Below, piece after piece: positions 10,134-20,565 of a stretch of 64,000 nt of DNA (its first letter is position 1; each line of letters starts with the position of its first letter). The DNA comes from an uncultured virus (IMG/VR IMGVR_UViG_3300037419_003078) (lineage: Duplodnaviria > Heunggongvirae > Uroviricota > Caudoviricetes), in IMG/VR virus record IMGVR_UViG_3300037419_003078; one strand, given 5' to 3'. Below the pieces are notes generated by a model. It had not been told where the DNA came from and did not search any database. It worked only from the letters and a program-made list of their open reading frames with translations. The translations under genes and the position numbers were made by a program.

Positions 10134-10689
10134 TATCTTATTTTGTATAACAGGTCCAAGTGGTGCAGGAAAAACAACCGTAATGAGACAATGTATGACA
10201 AATGAAGTAGGCAGTATCACATCAAGAACCACTCGTGAAGGCGAAGTACAAGGTGTAGACTACTTATTTGTTTCTAAGGAAGAATTTAAAGAGCTTATAG
10301 CTTTTGACGAACTAGCTGAATGGACTGAGTACGCAGGAAACTACTATGGAACAACTAAGGACGAATTACAAAGTAAACTCGAAAATGGTCATGCGTATGT
10401 AATCTGTGACAATCATGGCTTTAAACAATTCGCAGATGTTTACGACAATGTAGTGTCTATATTCTTATATGCAGACGAAGATGATTGTGTTGACAATATG
10501 TTCGACAGAGGAGACAGCACAGAAAAAGTAAATGGTCGAATATCTACATATGATAAAGAGATGGCTAATAAAGGTCAGTATGATTATGTTGTTAAGAACA
10601 TAAGAGGCTACGCACATGCCACTATAGGAGTTATCAACAATATCATTCACGCTGAAATGTTTAGACAGCTTGACAAGGAGGCTAAGTAA
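10126..10689 (+). CDS. gmk: guanylate kinase-like
   Basis: GPSGAGKTT, TSRTTREGEVQGVDY.F, GNYYGT. Confidence 0.85.
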   Translation: MSNILFCITGPSGAGKTTVMRQCMTNEVGSITSRTTREGEVQGVDYLFVSKEEFKELIAFDELAEWTEYAGNYYGTTKDELQSKLENGHAYVICDNHGFKQFADVYDNVVSIFLYADEDDCVDNMFDRGDSTEKVNGRISTYDKEMANKGQYDYVVKNIRGYAHATIGVINNIIHAEMFRQLDKEAK

Positions 10690-11162
10690 TGTTGTTTAGC
10701 ATATTCACACCACACATAGAAATAATTAATGACGATAAAATCAGAGACTTTACAGTAGAGAGTCTGTCCAAAGCACCTGAGTTTTATTCAAACATTAGCA
10801 AATATATTGAGGAAACTGACCTAGCTGTACAATATGCTACTACATTCTTAGATGTCTTAGATGTAGAAGATTACATAAGAGATTGTGTTATAAGTGCAGT
10901 ATTGATTCAAGGAATCACAAAGTTCAAACTTAATGATGAAGATGACATTGTAGAAGATATTATGTCTACATTGTCAGTTAGGCAAACAGTTATCTCTCTA
11001 ATGCCCACAGTAGGCTCAGACACATTCGATAATATACTTAGATTAGTAGAGTCTAGCAGAGGGTACAATTCGCCTATACCACAGGTAATGCCATCACTGG
11101 AAGACCCTGTATATATTTGGATACTTCCATTTGCAAATCAACTAGCAAAGGAGAGAGCATAA
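10689..11162 (+). CDS. degenerate HD-fold-like protein
   Basis: helical pattern like HD hydrolases but with LIQG in place of LHD. Confidence 0.35.
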   Translation: MLFSIFTPHIEIINDDKIRDFTVESLSKAPEFYSNISKYIEETDLAVQYATTFLDVLDVEDYIRDCVISAVLIQGITKFKLNDEDDIVEDIMSTLSVRQTVISLMPTVGSDTFDNILRLVESSRGYNSPIPQVMPSLEDPVYIWILPFANQLAKERA

Positions 11163-11166
11163 AATT

Positions 11167-11631
11167 ATGAACAAAATGAAGTTTAGTACTTACGCCATTG
11201 ACTTTGACGATACAATTACACGAGGTACGAAGTTCCCTGAAATTGGGGAACTCAACCCTCATGCAGATAGAGTAATAAGAAGAATTAAAGAGAACGGTGG
11301 AGAAATTTGTATTTGGACTTGTAGGACAGGAGAGCACGAGGAGAAGGTTAAAAAGTTCCTTGCAGACCATGACATTCCATACGATTCTTTTAACGAGATT
11401 TTACCGTCAGAAAGACAGTATTGGGGCGAAGGAGGAAGAAAAGTATTCGCTCACTGCTATATTGATGATAAAGGTATTTACGCACAAATGAACGGAGGAA
11501 TTGATTGGCTACAAATTGAGTCTTACATATTTAACGAGATACCACATTGGTCAACACAATTTAAAACACAGTGCTTATTATGTGGAGATACAGAGCCATG
11601 CGATTGTGATTATGAGTTATTTAAAAAGTAG
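11167..11631 (+). CDS. HAD-superfamily phosphatase
   Basis: IDFDDTI, IWTCR, YIDDK. Confidence 0.8.
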   Translation: MNKMKFSTYAIDFDDTITRGTKFPEIGELNPHADRVIRRIKENGGEICIWTCRTGEHEEKVKKFLADHDIPYDSFNEILPSERQYWGEGGRKVFAHCYIDDKGIYAQMNGGIDWLQIESYIFNEIPHWSTQFKTQCLLCGDTEPCDCDYELFKK

Positions 11632-11642
11632 GAAGTTTTTCA

Positions 11643-11671
11643 TTGACTTCCTATTATAATTCAACTATAAT
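11643..11671 (+). promoter_or_regulatory. sigmaA-type promoter upstream of nuclease-nrdIEF operon
   Basis: TTGACT-N17-TATAAT. Confidence 0.75.
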
Positions 11672-11683
11672 ATAAGGAGAGGA

Positions 11684-12322
11684 TTGAAGATGACAGTAAA
11701 CAATTACAAATTTGACGATAGAACAAAAGAAGAATTTATTTCTGATATGGAAAAAGGATTGAAAGCAGAAGTTAAATCAATTAATGTTTTTCGAGATATT
11801 TTACATAACAGTGATGTAGAACACCCTGAGATTGTATATTGTGGCTCTGATGAAGAAGGTCAGATTTCTTACGACAAAGATAACGAGGTTGCCAACGTAG
11901 ACCTGTTCCCCGACTACTTGTTGAAGTATAAGGAGAATAGAAGAATTAGAGCAAACTTCGTAGAGGTTAAGGTCTGCAACCCACACTCTCAAGAGTGCTT
12001 TTTCAAAGTTAAGCAATTAGAACAATACAAGGAGTTAGAAAAAGTTGTCATTCTATTTGTAATGGGCTTTGATACTGCAAGTCCTAAATTCATCTTAGTT
12101 AAGCCTGAGGAAATCCTCAACCTAGGTATTCGTCCTACTAAGGTATATGGTAAGTCAACAATAAGAGTGCCAGTGTCTAGATTTCATTGGGAGGAGTTCT
12201 CCCCACATAAAGAAGACCGAGGCAACATATTGACAAAGAAATACATAAGAGAAGTACGAGAAGGAAGAAGTAGACGAACGAATTTTTCCCTAGGTGAAAG
12301 TGCTAAGTTAAAAAATCTATAG
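11684..12322 (+). CDS. putative PD-(D/E)XK nuclease
   Basis: FPDY...FVEVK. Confidence 0.5.
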   Translation: MKMTVNNYKFDDRTKEEFISDMEKGLKAEVKSINVFRDILHNSDVEHPEIVYCGSDEEGQISYDKDNEVANVDLFPDYLLKYKENRRIRANFVEVKVCNPHSQECFFKVKQLEQYKELEKVVILFVMGFDTASPKFILVKPEEILNLGIRPTKVYGKSTIRVPVSRFHWEEFSPHKEDRGNILTKKYIREVREGRSRRTNFSLGESAKLKNL

Positions 12323-12333
12323 GTGGTGACGTT

Positions 12334-12708
12334 GTGGTAATCGTATATTACTCACTCACAGGACAAATACAGAAGTTTGTAGACAGTATCGACAAGTATG
12401 AAACATATCACATCAATGACTATGAAGATAATCTAGGTGAATACATACTTATCACCCCTACTCATGGCTTTGGAGAAGTACCTGAAAATGTAGCTAGTTT
12501 CCTAAAAGAACATCATAGAAATATGAGAGGTGTTTGTGCTAGTGGAAGACAAGTGTGGAAACTAAGAGGTACATACTGTAAGAGTGCTGATGTTATACAT
12601 CAACAGTATGGAGTGCCAATACTTCTCAAATTTGAGATGAAAGGTACTGACAAAGACAGAGAACAATTAGTGGAAAGGATTGAGAGAATTGAGCAAAAGC
12701 TACATTGA
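12334..12708 (+). CDS. nrdI: class Ib RNR flavodoxin NrdI
   Basis: YYSLTG, ITPTHGFGEVP, ASG, KFEMKG; upstream of nrdE. Confidence 0.9.
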   Translation: MVIVYYSLTGQIQKFVDSIDKYETYHINDYEDNLGEYILITPTHGFGEVPENVASFLKEHHRNMRGVCASGRQVWKLRGTYCKSADVIHQQYGVPILLKFEMKGTDKDREQLVERIERIEQKLH

Positions 12709-14782
12709 ATTAAACAATGAAGTTAAGGTAATGAAAAATGGTCGTTACCAATTCGAGAAAGACAAGGAGGCTGTTAAAGCTTACTTCATTGACCATGTGA
12801 ATCAGAATATGGTATGGTTTCATGAAGGTCTAGAAGAAAAAATGGACTATATGTTCGAGAATGAATATTACGATACAGAAGTATTTAATAAATACTCTTT
12901 CAATCAAATAAAGAAATTATCTAAATTTGTATACGGAAAAAAATTCCGTTTCCCTTCATTCATGAGTGCGTTTAAATTTTACAATAATTACGCATTAGAA
13001 ACAAACGACCAAGAAAGATTCTTGGAGCGATATGAAGACCGTGTTGTAGCAAACGCTATACTATTAGGTGATGGTAAGTTCGACAAGGCTATGATGATTG
13101 CTAAAATGCTTATTGAACAAAACCTACAACCTGCAACTCCTACATTCTTAAATGCAGGAAGAAAGCGTTCAGGTGAACTTGTATCATGTTTCTTACTAGA
13201 TACACCTGATAGCACAGAAGGCATAGAGTATGTTAAAGAGTGTGTGGCACAGCTATCTCGCATGGGTGGAGGAGTAGGTGTTAACCTTTCTAAAGTTCGT
13301 GCTAGTGGTGAGCCTATCAAAGGTATCGAAGGTGCGGCTAGTGGTATCATAGGTGTTGCTCGTATGATTGAGTCAACAGTTGCATACTACAACCAACTAG
13401 GTCAGCGTAAAGGTTCAGCAGTAGTTTACGCTAACATTCACCACCCTGATGTACATACATTGTTGGAGGCAAAAAAGATTAATGCAGATGATACTATTCG
13501 TCTAAAGACATTATCTATTGGTGTTACAGTATCTAGTAAATTCATTGAGAAACTAAAAGCAGACCAACCTTTCTATCAATTCTATCCTTACTCAGTGTTT
13601 AAAGAGTATGGTATTCATATGGACGACATGGACATGAATGAGTGGTATGATAAATTAGTTGCCAACCCTAATGTTAAAAAGAAACAAGTAAATGCACGAG
13701 ATTTTGCTAATAATATTGCTATCACATCTCAACAAAGTGGATACCCTTACCTTATCTTCATTGATAATGCTAATAAGCAAAACCCACTAAAAGAGATTGG
13801 TAGAATTGTAATGTCTAATCTTTGTACAGAAATTTATCAACTACATAAGCTATCTGAGGTAAGAGGTCGTCACTTACAGTCTGATTGGAATTATGATGTA
13901 TCGTGTAACTTAGCGTCATTAAATATCGTTAATGTTATGGATAACAAAGCAATTCGTGACTCAGTACGAGCAGGAGTGGACTCTCTTAATACAGTAGCCA
14001 AGAAGACTTCTATTGATTCAGTTCCAACGGTTAAAAACGGAAACGATATGTTTAGAGCAATTGGATTAGGTGTAATGAACCTACATGGTTACTTTGCTAA
14101 GAACTTCATGATGTACGAGAGCAGAGAGGCAAAAGATTTCGCTAATACATTCTTCATGGCTATGAACTACTATTCTATTGAACGCTCTATGGAGATTGCT
14201 ATGGAAGAAGGATTCATCTTTGAAGGATTCGAGAAGTCTGATTATGCTAATGGTCGTTACTTCAAGAAATATGTAGAGAATAGCTTTGCACCTCGAACAG
14301 AGAAGGTACAACAGTTATTTGAAGGAATTTATATTCCAACACAAGAAGATTGGATTGCATTAGCAGAGAAGGTAGCTGAAAACGGATTAGCACACGCATA
14401 CCGATTAGCAATCGCACCTACTGGAAATATTTCGTATGTACAGTCTGCTACAGCAGGTATCGGACCAATCATGGATAAAATTGAGACTCGTAAATACGGA
14501 GATTCAACTACTCAATATCCAATGCCTTACATGACTAATGAGAATATGTTCTTCTATAAAGACGCTTACACTATTGATACGAAGAAATATATTGACTTAG
14601 TTGCAGTTATCCAACAACATATTGACCAAGGTATCTCTACTACATTGTATGTTGATAGCAACTATACAACAGAACAACTAGTAAGCGATTATGCTTACGC
14701 TCACGATAAAGGATTAAAAGCAATCTACTATACTCGTACTAAATTATTAAGTATTGACGAGTGTGTTGCATGTGCAGTTTAA
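12680..14782 (+). CDS. nrdE: class Ib ribonucleotide reductase alpha
   Basis: PATPTFLNAG, SCF, SNLCTE, APTG, C-terminal CVAC. Confidence 0.97.
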   Translation: MRELSKSYIELNNEVKVMKNGRYQFEKDKEAVKAYFIDHVNQNMVWFHEGLEEKMDYMFENEYYDTEVFNKYSFNQIKKLSKFVYGKKFRFPSFMSAFKFYNNYALETNDQERFLERYEDRVVANAILLGDGKFDKAMMIAKMLIEQNLQPATPTFLNAGRKRSGELVSCFLLDTPDSTEGIEYVKECVAQLSRMGGGVGVNLSKVRASGEPIKGIEGAASGIIGVARMIESTVAYYNQLGQRKGSAVVYANIHHPDVHTLLEAKKINADDTIRLKTLSIGVTVSSKFIEKLKADQPFYQFYPYSVFKEYGIHMDDMDMNEWYDKLVANPNVKKKQVNARDFANNIAITSQQSGYPYLIFIDNANKQNPLKEIGRIVMSNLCTEIYQLHKLSEVRGRHLQSDWNYDVSCNLASLNIVNVMDNKAIRDSVRAGVDSLNTVAKKTSIDSVPTVKNGNDMFRAIGLGVMNLHGYFAKNFMMYESREAKDFANTFFMAMNYYSIERSMEIAMEEGFIFEGFEKSDYANGRYFKKYVENSFAPRTEKVQQLFEGIYIPTQEDWIALAEKVAENGLAHAYRLAIAPTGNISYVQSATAGIGPIMDKIETRKYGDSTTQYPMPYMTNENMFFYKDAYTIDTKKYIDLVAVIQQHIDQGISTTLYVDSNYTTEQLVSDYAYAHDKGLKAIYYTRTKLLSIDECVACAV

Positions 14783-14794
14783 GGAGGAACGGAA

Positions 14795-15808
14795 ATGAGT
14801 GAAGAAATTACGCAAGTTCATAGTGCTACCGATTGGACTAAATCAGATGAAACAACAGAAATATTTTGGTTACAAAACCTTAAACAGTTTTGGAGAGACG
14901 AGGAGTTTGTCCCTTCCGAAGATGTAAAGCCATTCGCAAGATTAACTGAGGCTGAACAGAAAGCATTTGTTCGTGCTTTAGGTGGACTTACCCTACTAGA
15001 CACTAAACAAGCTAATGTAGGTATGCCAAAGGTATCAGCAGATTATGAAGGTGACGAGTATCTTACAAGACGCTCGTTACTTAACTTCATGGGTGCTATG
15101 GAAGGTATTCATGCTAAATCATATTCTACTATTTTTACGACTTTGCTAACTAAGTCTGAGATTGACGCAGTACATGATTGGATACGAGAAGATAAGTTCT
15201 TGCAATTTAAAGCAAGTTATATTCAATCATACTATGATAGACCACAATCTCCATTAAATAATTATCTTCGTAAGGTAGCTAGTGTTTTCCTAGAATCATA
15301 TTTATTCTATTCAGGTTTTTACTACCCTCTTTACTTAGCAGGAAATGGAATAATGACAAATAGTGCTGAGATTATCAACCTTATCATTCGTGACGAGGCA
15401 ATTCACGGAGCATATGTAGGAATGTTGGCACAAGAAGACTTTGGAAAGCTATCTAATGAAGATAAGATTGTCGCAGAGGCAGAAATCAAATTAATGCTAA
15501 CAACATTAATGGCTAATGAAGACTACTATACTACTGAATTATATGCTGAGATTGGTATTGAAAATGATGTTAAGCGTTTCTTACGCTACAATGCAAACCA
15601 AGCCCTGATGAACTTAGGATTAGACCCAATCTATAGTGAGGAAGAAACTGAGTTTAGTTCAACTGTATTTAATGGTTTGAGTACAGAAACTACTGCTCAT
15701 GACTTCTTTTCTCAGAAAGGTAACGGTTACTTCTTAGGTAACTTAGTGCCTATCACTAATAAAGCATTTGAATATGACACAGAAGACGAATTTTATATCG
15801 GATACTAA
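14795..15808 (+). CDS. nrdF: class Ib ribonucleotide reductase beta
   Basis: LTLLD, EGIHAKSY, ESYLFYSGF, RDEAIHG; all metal ligands present. Confidence 0.95.
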   Translation: MSEEITQVHSATDWTKSDETTEIFWLQNLKQFWRDEEFVPSEDVKPFARLTEAEQKAFVRALGGLTLLDTKQANVGMPKVSADYEGDEYLTRRSLLNFMGAMEGIHAKSYSTIFTTLLTKSEIDAVHDWIREDKFLQFKASYIQSYYDRPQSPLNNYLRKVASVFLESYLFYSGFYYPLYLAGNGIMTNSAEIINLIIRDEAIHGAYVGMLAQEDFGKLSNEDKIVAEAEIKLMLTTLMANEDYYTTELYAEIGIENDVKRFLRYNANQALMNLGLDPIYSEEETEFSSTVFNGLSTETTAHDFFSQKGNGYFLGNLVPITNKAFEYDTEDEFYIGY

Positions 15809-15811
15809 GAG

Positions 15812-16057
15812 GTGATGTTGTTGACAAGACCATACAACAATAATAATCTTAAAGGACAAATAGGAACTTCATTGATTCCTGATAGACCAAGGAAAAAAAA
15901 GAAGTTTAAGAAAAATGAAAGATGGGGCAGTGCTAAATGTATCTGCCCTAGATGTAAAAATTCAATAGAGAAATATACCAAGACAATAGACGGAAAGAAA
16001 TATTGTGTTAGGTGCTTTGCTAATTACAACGACAAAGTTGAAATGGAGAGTGTATAA
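15812..16057 (+). CDS. small Zn-finger protein
   Basis: CPRC...CVRC. Confidence 0.55.
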   Translation: MMLLTRPYNNNNLKGQIGTSLIPDRPRKKKKFKKNERWGSAKCICPRCKNSIEKYTKTIDGKKYCVRCFANYNDKVEMESV

Positions 16058-16058
16058 T

Positions 16059-16352
16059 ATGAAATTAGTAAAATTTGAAAACACAGGTTGTCCTTCGTGT
16101 GACCGTGCCAAGTTATTTTTAAATGCAGTAGGAGCAACTGACGAGATTGAAATTCAATCTGCTATGCCTTACATTGAAGCAGATGACGCTATTTTAGCAG
16201 GTAAATTAGTAGAGCCTATCATGTCATTCCCTACATTCGTTGTCTTTGATAAGGACGGAAATGAAGTAGTAGGAAAGCGTATGAATGGTTTTGACGCTAA
16301 CCGTACTGGTGAATTACTTGCTTTAGTGGAGTTTGTAAAAGAAAATAATTAA
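16059..16352 (+). CDS. thioredoxin/NrdH-like redoxin
   Basis: CPSC and FPT motifs; ATG 16059 behind GGAGAG. Confidence 0.8.
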   Translation: MKLVKFENTGCPSCDRAKLFLNAVGATDEIEIQSAMPYIEADDAILAGKLVEPIMSFPTFVVFDKDGNEVVGKRMNGFDANRTGELLALVEFVKENN

Positions 16353-16375
16353 TTGATAGAATGAGAGAATTGTCC

Positions 16376-16404
16376 TTGACTTTTCTCTCTTTTTCTTTTA
16401 TAAT
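16376..16404 (+). promoter_or_regulatory. sigmaA-type promoter
   Basis: TTGACT-N17-TATAAT. Confidence 0.75.
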
Positions 16405-16435
16405 ATAACTATAATACAGAAAGAGGTGACAAACG

Positions 16436-17311
16436 ATGTCAAGAATTAAATTAGGAATGGCATTTGCAGGAGGAGGAGTAAGAGGAAGTTCACATCTAGG
16501 AATCGTGCAAGCACTTCATGAACACAGAATTTATCCTGAGATTTATGCAGGAACATCAGCAGGTTCAATAGTAGCTAGTTTACTAGCATATGGATATGAA
16601 CCTGAGAAAGCATTAAAGAAATTCTTAGAGGCTAATCAACACTTGGTAGACGTAGCCTACTGTCATATTTTAAAAGGAACTTTCACAAGTAGCTATGTTG
16701 AAGGTTTTGTTAGTGGAGACCACTTAGAATCAGTGTTAGATGATATGTTTGATGGTTGCCAACTAGGAAGTATTCCAGTACCATTAGGAATCGTATCAAC
16801 TGACATAGACAGAGGAAAGCAAGTAATTTTTACAAATTCCATTAATGGTTTTGATGTTAATAGAATCAATGATACTAGTCCTACTCTTGCATTATGTCAA
16901 AATAAATCAGAATACCGACTAAGCGATATTATCAGAGCGTCAAGTGGATTACCACCAGTACTTGTTCCTAAGAGAATACATGGAATGAAGTTGGTAGATG
17001 GAGGAATCACTAATAACTTACCATCTGATGTAGCTTGGGCATTAGGAGCAGATAAAGTTATCTCCTTAGACCTAGGATATTCAGGACAGGTAGAAACAAA
17101 AGGCTTTATTGATATTTCCCATATGTGTGTAAACTTGCTAATGAAACGAGTTACAGACGGAAACAGAGAAGACTTTGGATTATATATGAATCCTAAAATC
17201 TATGATGTTACTGCATTAGAGACAGATAGAATTGAAGAATGTTTTGAAAGAGGATATGTATACGGAAAGCATAACATTGACAAAGTTATTAAAATGCTAG
17301 AGGAGGAGTAA
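16436..17311 (+). CDS. patatin-like phospholipase
   Basis: GGGVRG, GTSAG, DGG catalytic motifs. Confidence 0.92.
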   Translation: MSRIKLGMAFAGGGVRGSSHLGIVQALHEHRIYPEIYAGTSAGSIVASLLAYGYEPEKALKKFLEANQHLVDVAYCHILKGTFTSSYVEGFVSGDHLESVLDDMFDGCQLGSIPVPLGIVSTDIDRGKQVIFTNSINGFDVNRINDTSPTLALCQNKSEYRLSDIIRASSGLPPVLVPKRIHGMKLVDGGITNNLPSDVAWALGADKVISLDLGYSGQVETKGFIDISHMCVNLLMKRVTDGNREDFGLYMNPKIYDVTALETDRIEECFERGYVYGKHNIDKVIKMLEEE

Positions 17312-17312
17312 T

Positions 17313-17648
17313 ATGAAGACATTTGAGAGTGTCAAAGAAGTTACTAGCTATCTAGCAATAAAGTATCCTAAGAGTAAAGGAAAAGAAATGGTTAGTTGGC
17401 ATGTTAGTGACTTACTTTTACTTATAGGAGTCTATGAAGGAGAACATCTGATGGAAGGTTTTTTTATCTATAAAAATCCTTCAAATAATTACAAATGGAC
17501 TATTATCGACAATATCCATGCAGAATTAGCAGTGCTTAATTACATACAATATTTACAAGAAATGCAACAAGCAATAGCAGTGTCTCATTTTCTTATAGAC
17601 TTTGAAGAAGATGAAAATGACGAAGAATTTTATGAAACCCTTGACTAG
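17313..17648 (+). CDS. hypothetical protein
   Basis: ORF with RBS. Confidence 0.6.
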   Translation: MKTFESVKEVTSYLAIKYPKSKGKEMVSWHVSDLLLLIGVYEGEHLMEGFFIYKNPSNNYKWTIIDNIHAELAVLNYIQYLQEMQQAIAVSHFLIDFEEDENDEEFYETLD

Positions 17649-17669
17649 CAAGGATTATCGTGTTATAAT
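17641..17669 (+). promoter_or_regulatory. sigmaA-type promoter (extended -10)
   Basis: TTGACT-N17-TATAAT with TG. Confidence 0.8.
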
Positions 17670-17711
17670 ATAAAAGTAATATAAATTGAACCCAAGAAAG
17701 GTGATACATAT

Positions 17712-18530
17712 ATGTCAATTAAAATGAGTGAATCAATCGCAAACTTAGCAAAGGCTTACGCACAATTCCAAGCTGAGGTTAAAAACCCAAACAATACTGC
17801 AAAGAACCCACAATTCAAAAGTAAATACGCACCACTAGATGAAGTTATCAATACTGCAAAACCTGTATTGGCTAAATACGGATTATCAGTATTACAGTCT
17901 ACTGGTTCAGAAGGTGAAAGTGTGGTTATTACTTCACTGTTATTACATGAGTCAGGTGAATTTATTCAGTCTTCTGAGTTGACACTTCCTGCTTATCAAA
18001 TTAAAGGTGGAGGAGTTAAAGACTTCAATGCCCAAGGAGCAGGTTCGGCTATTACATACGGAAGACGATATAGTTTATCAGCTTTACTTGGATTATCATC
18101 TGAGGACGATGATGACGGAAATGTAGCGTCAGGTGGATACCGTGATTCATCAAACAATGCACCTAAGTCAAACACTAATACTGGTGGAGGATTAAGTGAC
18201 GAGGAGAAAGAAAAACGCAGACAAGAGGCTATTAAGAAAGCACAAGAACGCTCTAATGCTAATACACCTCCTGCAAATGATACACCTACTACTAATTCAC
18301 CTGCTGAGGATACAACTGATTCATCATCGGACGACAAGATTAGTCCTCAACAAGAGAAAGCTATTAACAACTTGTTAAATGTACTGTCTCGTAAGAAAGG
18401 TGCAGAATTTGACAAAGATTCATTCTTAACAACTGTTATTTCTGAGTATGGAGTGGATAAGTTAGATAATATCACTTCTGACCAAGCTAAAGAAGTAATC
18501 ACTAAAATCAACAAAGAAATGCGTAGCTAA
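17712..18530 (+). CDS. ERF-family single-strand annealing protein
   Basis: NPQFKSKYAPL, GSAITYGRRYSL...EDDDG. Confidence 0.9.
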   Translation: MSIKMSESIANLAKAYAQFQAEVKNPNNTAKNPQFKSKYAPLDEVINTAKPVLAKYGLSVLQSTGSEGESVVITSLLLHESGEFIQSSELTLPAYQIKGGGVKDFNAQGAGSAITYGRRYSLSALLGLSSEDDDDGNVASGGYRDSSNNAPKSNTNTGGGLSDEEKEKRRQEAIKKAQERSNANTPPANDTPTTNSPAEDTTDSSSDDKISPQQEKAINNLLNVLSRKKGAEFDKDSFLTTVISEYGVDKLDNITSDQAKEVITKINKEMRS

Positions 18531-18572
18531 TTAAAATAGGAGGGGTTCGCCCCTTCTTTCTAATAAATAGGA

Positions 18573-19094
18573 GTGATTAGATTGGAAAGCTATTTCATAG
18601 AAATTCCCGGAAGACCTGTTGCTAAATCGAATATGTATGGTGTCCGTGTAATAGGTACAGGTAAAAATGCTAGAGGAATGATATACACAACTCGTGACCT
18701 AGAAGACTATGAGATGATGATTGGTCGGATAGCTAATGAGATTATACCTGAAACAATCAATACATATGCGTCAATGTATATGCGTATCTACCAACACGGT
18801 AAGAAATGGATAGATGTTGATAACTGTTTTAAAGCAGTACAAGATGGGTTAGACGCTACTAAGAAGATTAAGCGAGGAAAGAATGAGATACAGGTGTGCA
18901 ATACAGGTATTGCTAATGACAAATACTTTCAGCTTATCATAGGAGAGCGTATCCATGTAGAGTCTGCCGAAGAACAGAAAATTGAGTTAATTATAACAGA
19001 GTACAAAGGACTAATTAATCTAGTAGATGTCGTGAAAGAACATTACAGCCTAGAAGAAGAATACTATAGAGAATTGTTCCTTCCCGAAATATAA
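18573..19094 (+). CDS. rusA: RusA-like Holliday junction resolvase
   Basis: IPGRPVAK, DVDNCFKAVQDGL, ND. Confidence 0.75.
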   Translation: MIRLESYFIEIPGRPVAKSNMYGVRVIGTGKNARGMIYTTRDLEDYEMMIGRIANEIIPETINTYASMYMRIYQHGKKWIDVDNCFKAVQDGLDATKKIKRGKNEIQVCNTGIANDKYFQLIIGERIHVESAEEQKIELIITEYKGLINLVDVVKEHYSLEEEYYRELFLPEI

Positions 19095-19110
19095 AAAAGG
19101 AGGAGTACTG

Positions 19111-19356
19111 ATGAAAGAACAGATTGCAAACTATATGAACCAAGAAATTTCATACTATAATAATGAGGAGCATGACGCAGAGGATTTCTTAGAGACTCTT
19201 GCCTCAGACATAAGAACAAAATTTAATGTTCCATGTACCTACACTTACTCTCATTCATTCGATGGAGGTCCCGGATATGAAGCCACATCATATGTCATAG
19301 TTGCCTTCCATGAAGGAGTATTTATAGTCGGTAGATTATTGAGCGAGGTGTACTAA
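19111..19356 (+). CDS. hypothetical protein
   Basis: RBS AGGAGG. Confidence 0.6.
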   Translation: MKEQIANYMNQEISYYNNEEHDAEDFLETLASDIRTKFNVPCTYTYSHSFDGGPGYEATSYVIVAFHEGVFIVGRLLSEVY

Positions 19357-20553
19357 ATGGCAAAGATTATATACATGAGCGATTCACCAACAGTCCCAAC
19401 AGGATATGGTCGAGTAAGCAAAGAATTAACAGTAGCATTACATAATGAAGGACATTCCGTTACATGTATTGGTTGGGGGTTCAGCGAAGGTCAAGAAAAC
19501 CCATACCCTTTTAAAATCGTTCCATGTGACACAAGACGAGACAATTTTGGAGAAGATATACTAGCAAGACTGATTCGTGAGGAGAAACCTGATATAGTGT
19601 TTACGCTAGGAGACCCTTGGATGACGGAATTTTTTCCATCTATGGAAGAAAGGAAGACAGTATGTTGGATTAGCTACTTCCCTATTGATGGATACCCTAT
19701 CCCTCCTGATTGGCACTCGTGGTTAAGGAACATAGATGTACCTGTAGTATTCAGCAAGTTCTCACACGAACTAGTGTCTCAAGTAATTGGAAGAAAGCCT
19801 ATCTATATTCCTCATGGAGTAGATACAGACAATTTCAAGCCACTAGATAACAAAGAAGAACTAAGAAAGAACATCTTAGGTTTTGAAGGAGATAAATTCA
19901 TTGTAGGTTGTGTAGCTAGGAATCAGCCTAGAAAGAACCTTCCTGCTTTAATTAAGGCTTTCTCTGAGTTTTCTAAGAATAAAGATGATGTAGCTTTATA
20001 TTTCCATAGTCAGATTCGTGATGTGGGTTGGAACATTGATGAACTTATCGGACGATTTGATTTGCAGGAAAAAGCATACTGTACAAATAACATGGTAGCC
20101 CTAAGAGGTGTATCAGATAAGCACTTGAATGAGATTTACAATATCTTCGATTTATTTGCACTACCGACTATGGCAGAAGGATTTGGATTGCCAATCTTAG
20201 AATCACAATCAGCAGGAGTTCCAGTATTAGTAACAGACTTTTCTGCTTGTCCTGACCTAGTAGTTGACCGACAACAACTAATCAAAGTAAAAGACACATT
20301 GATTATGGGTCGTGGTATTGAGCAAGCAATCGCTGACACAGACGACTTAGTTCGCAAGTTAAATATTTTCTACAATGATTGGAAAAAGAAAGATTCGGCT
20401 AAGTTAAAAGAACTAGGTGCAAAAGGAAGAAGTAAAGCATTAAAAATGGATTGGAAAGATGTTAATGCTGAGTTTTGTAAGTTAATTAAAACTGTAGAGC
20501 CTAAAGCTAAACAGATTGACAAAACAATTAAGCCTAACTTCTATCGTCTATAA
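19357..20553 (+). CDS. GT-B (GT4-like) glycosyltransferase
   Basis: TGYG, IPHGVD, RNQPRK, EGFGLPILES. Confidence 0.92.
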   Translation: MAKIIYMSDSPTVPTGYGRVSKELTVALHNEGHSVTCIGWGFSEGQENPYPFKIVPCDTRRDNFGEDILARLIREEKPDIVFTLGDPWMTEFFPSMEERKTVCWISYFPIDGYPIPPDWHSWLRNIDVPVVFSKFSHELVSQVIGRKPIYIPHGVDTDNFKPLDNKEELRKNILGFEGDKFIVGCVARNQPRKNLPALIKAFSEFSKNKDDVALYFHSQIRDVGWNIDELIGRFDLQEKAYCTNNMVALRGVSDKHLNEIYNIFDLFALPTMAEGFGLPILESQSAGVPVLVTDFSACPDLVVDRQQLIKVKDTLIMGRGIEQAIADTDDLVRKLNIFYNDWKKKDSAKLKELGAKGRSKALKMDWKDVNAEFCKLIKTVEPKAKQIDKTIKPNFYRL

Positions 20554-20565
20554 GGAGAGGATTAT

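Noticed and set aside
3546..15808. Inteins or group I introns in dnaE/nrdE/nrdF
   Set aside because: ORFs are continuous and of normal length; no intein junction or homing endonuclease motifs seen.
14795..15808. Metal-free class Ie RNR
   Set aside because: All carboxylate and His metal ligands are present, so it is class Ib.
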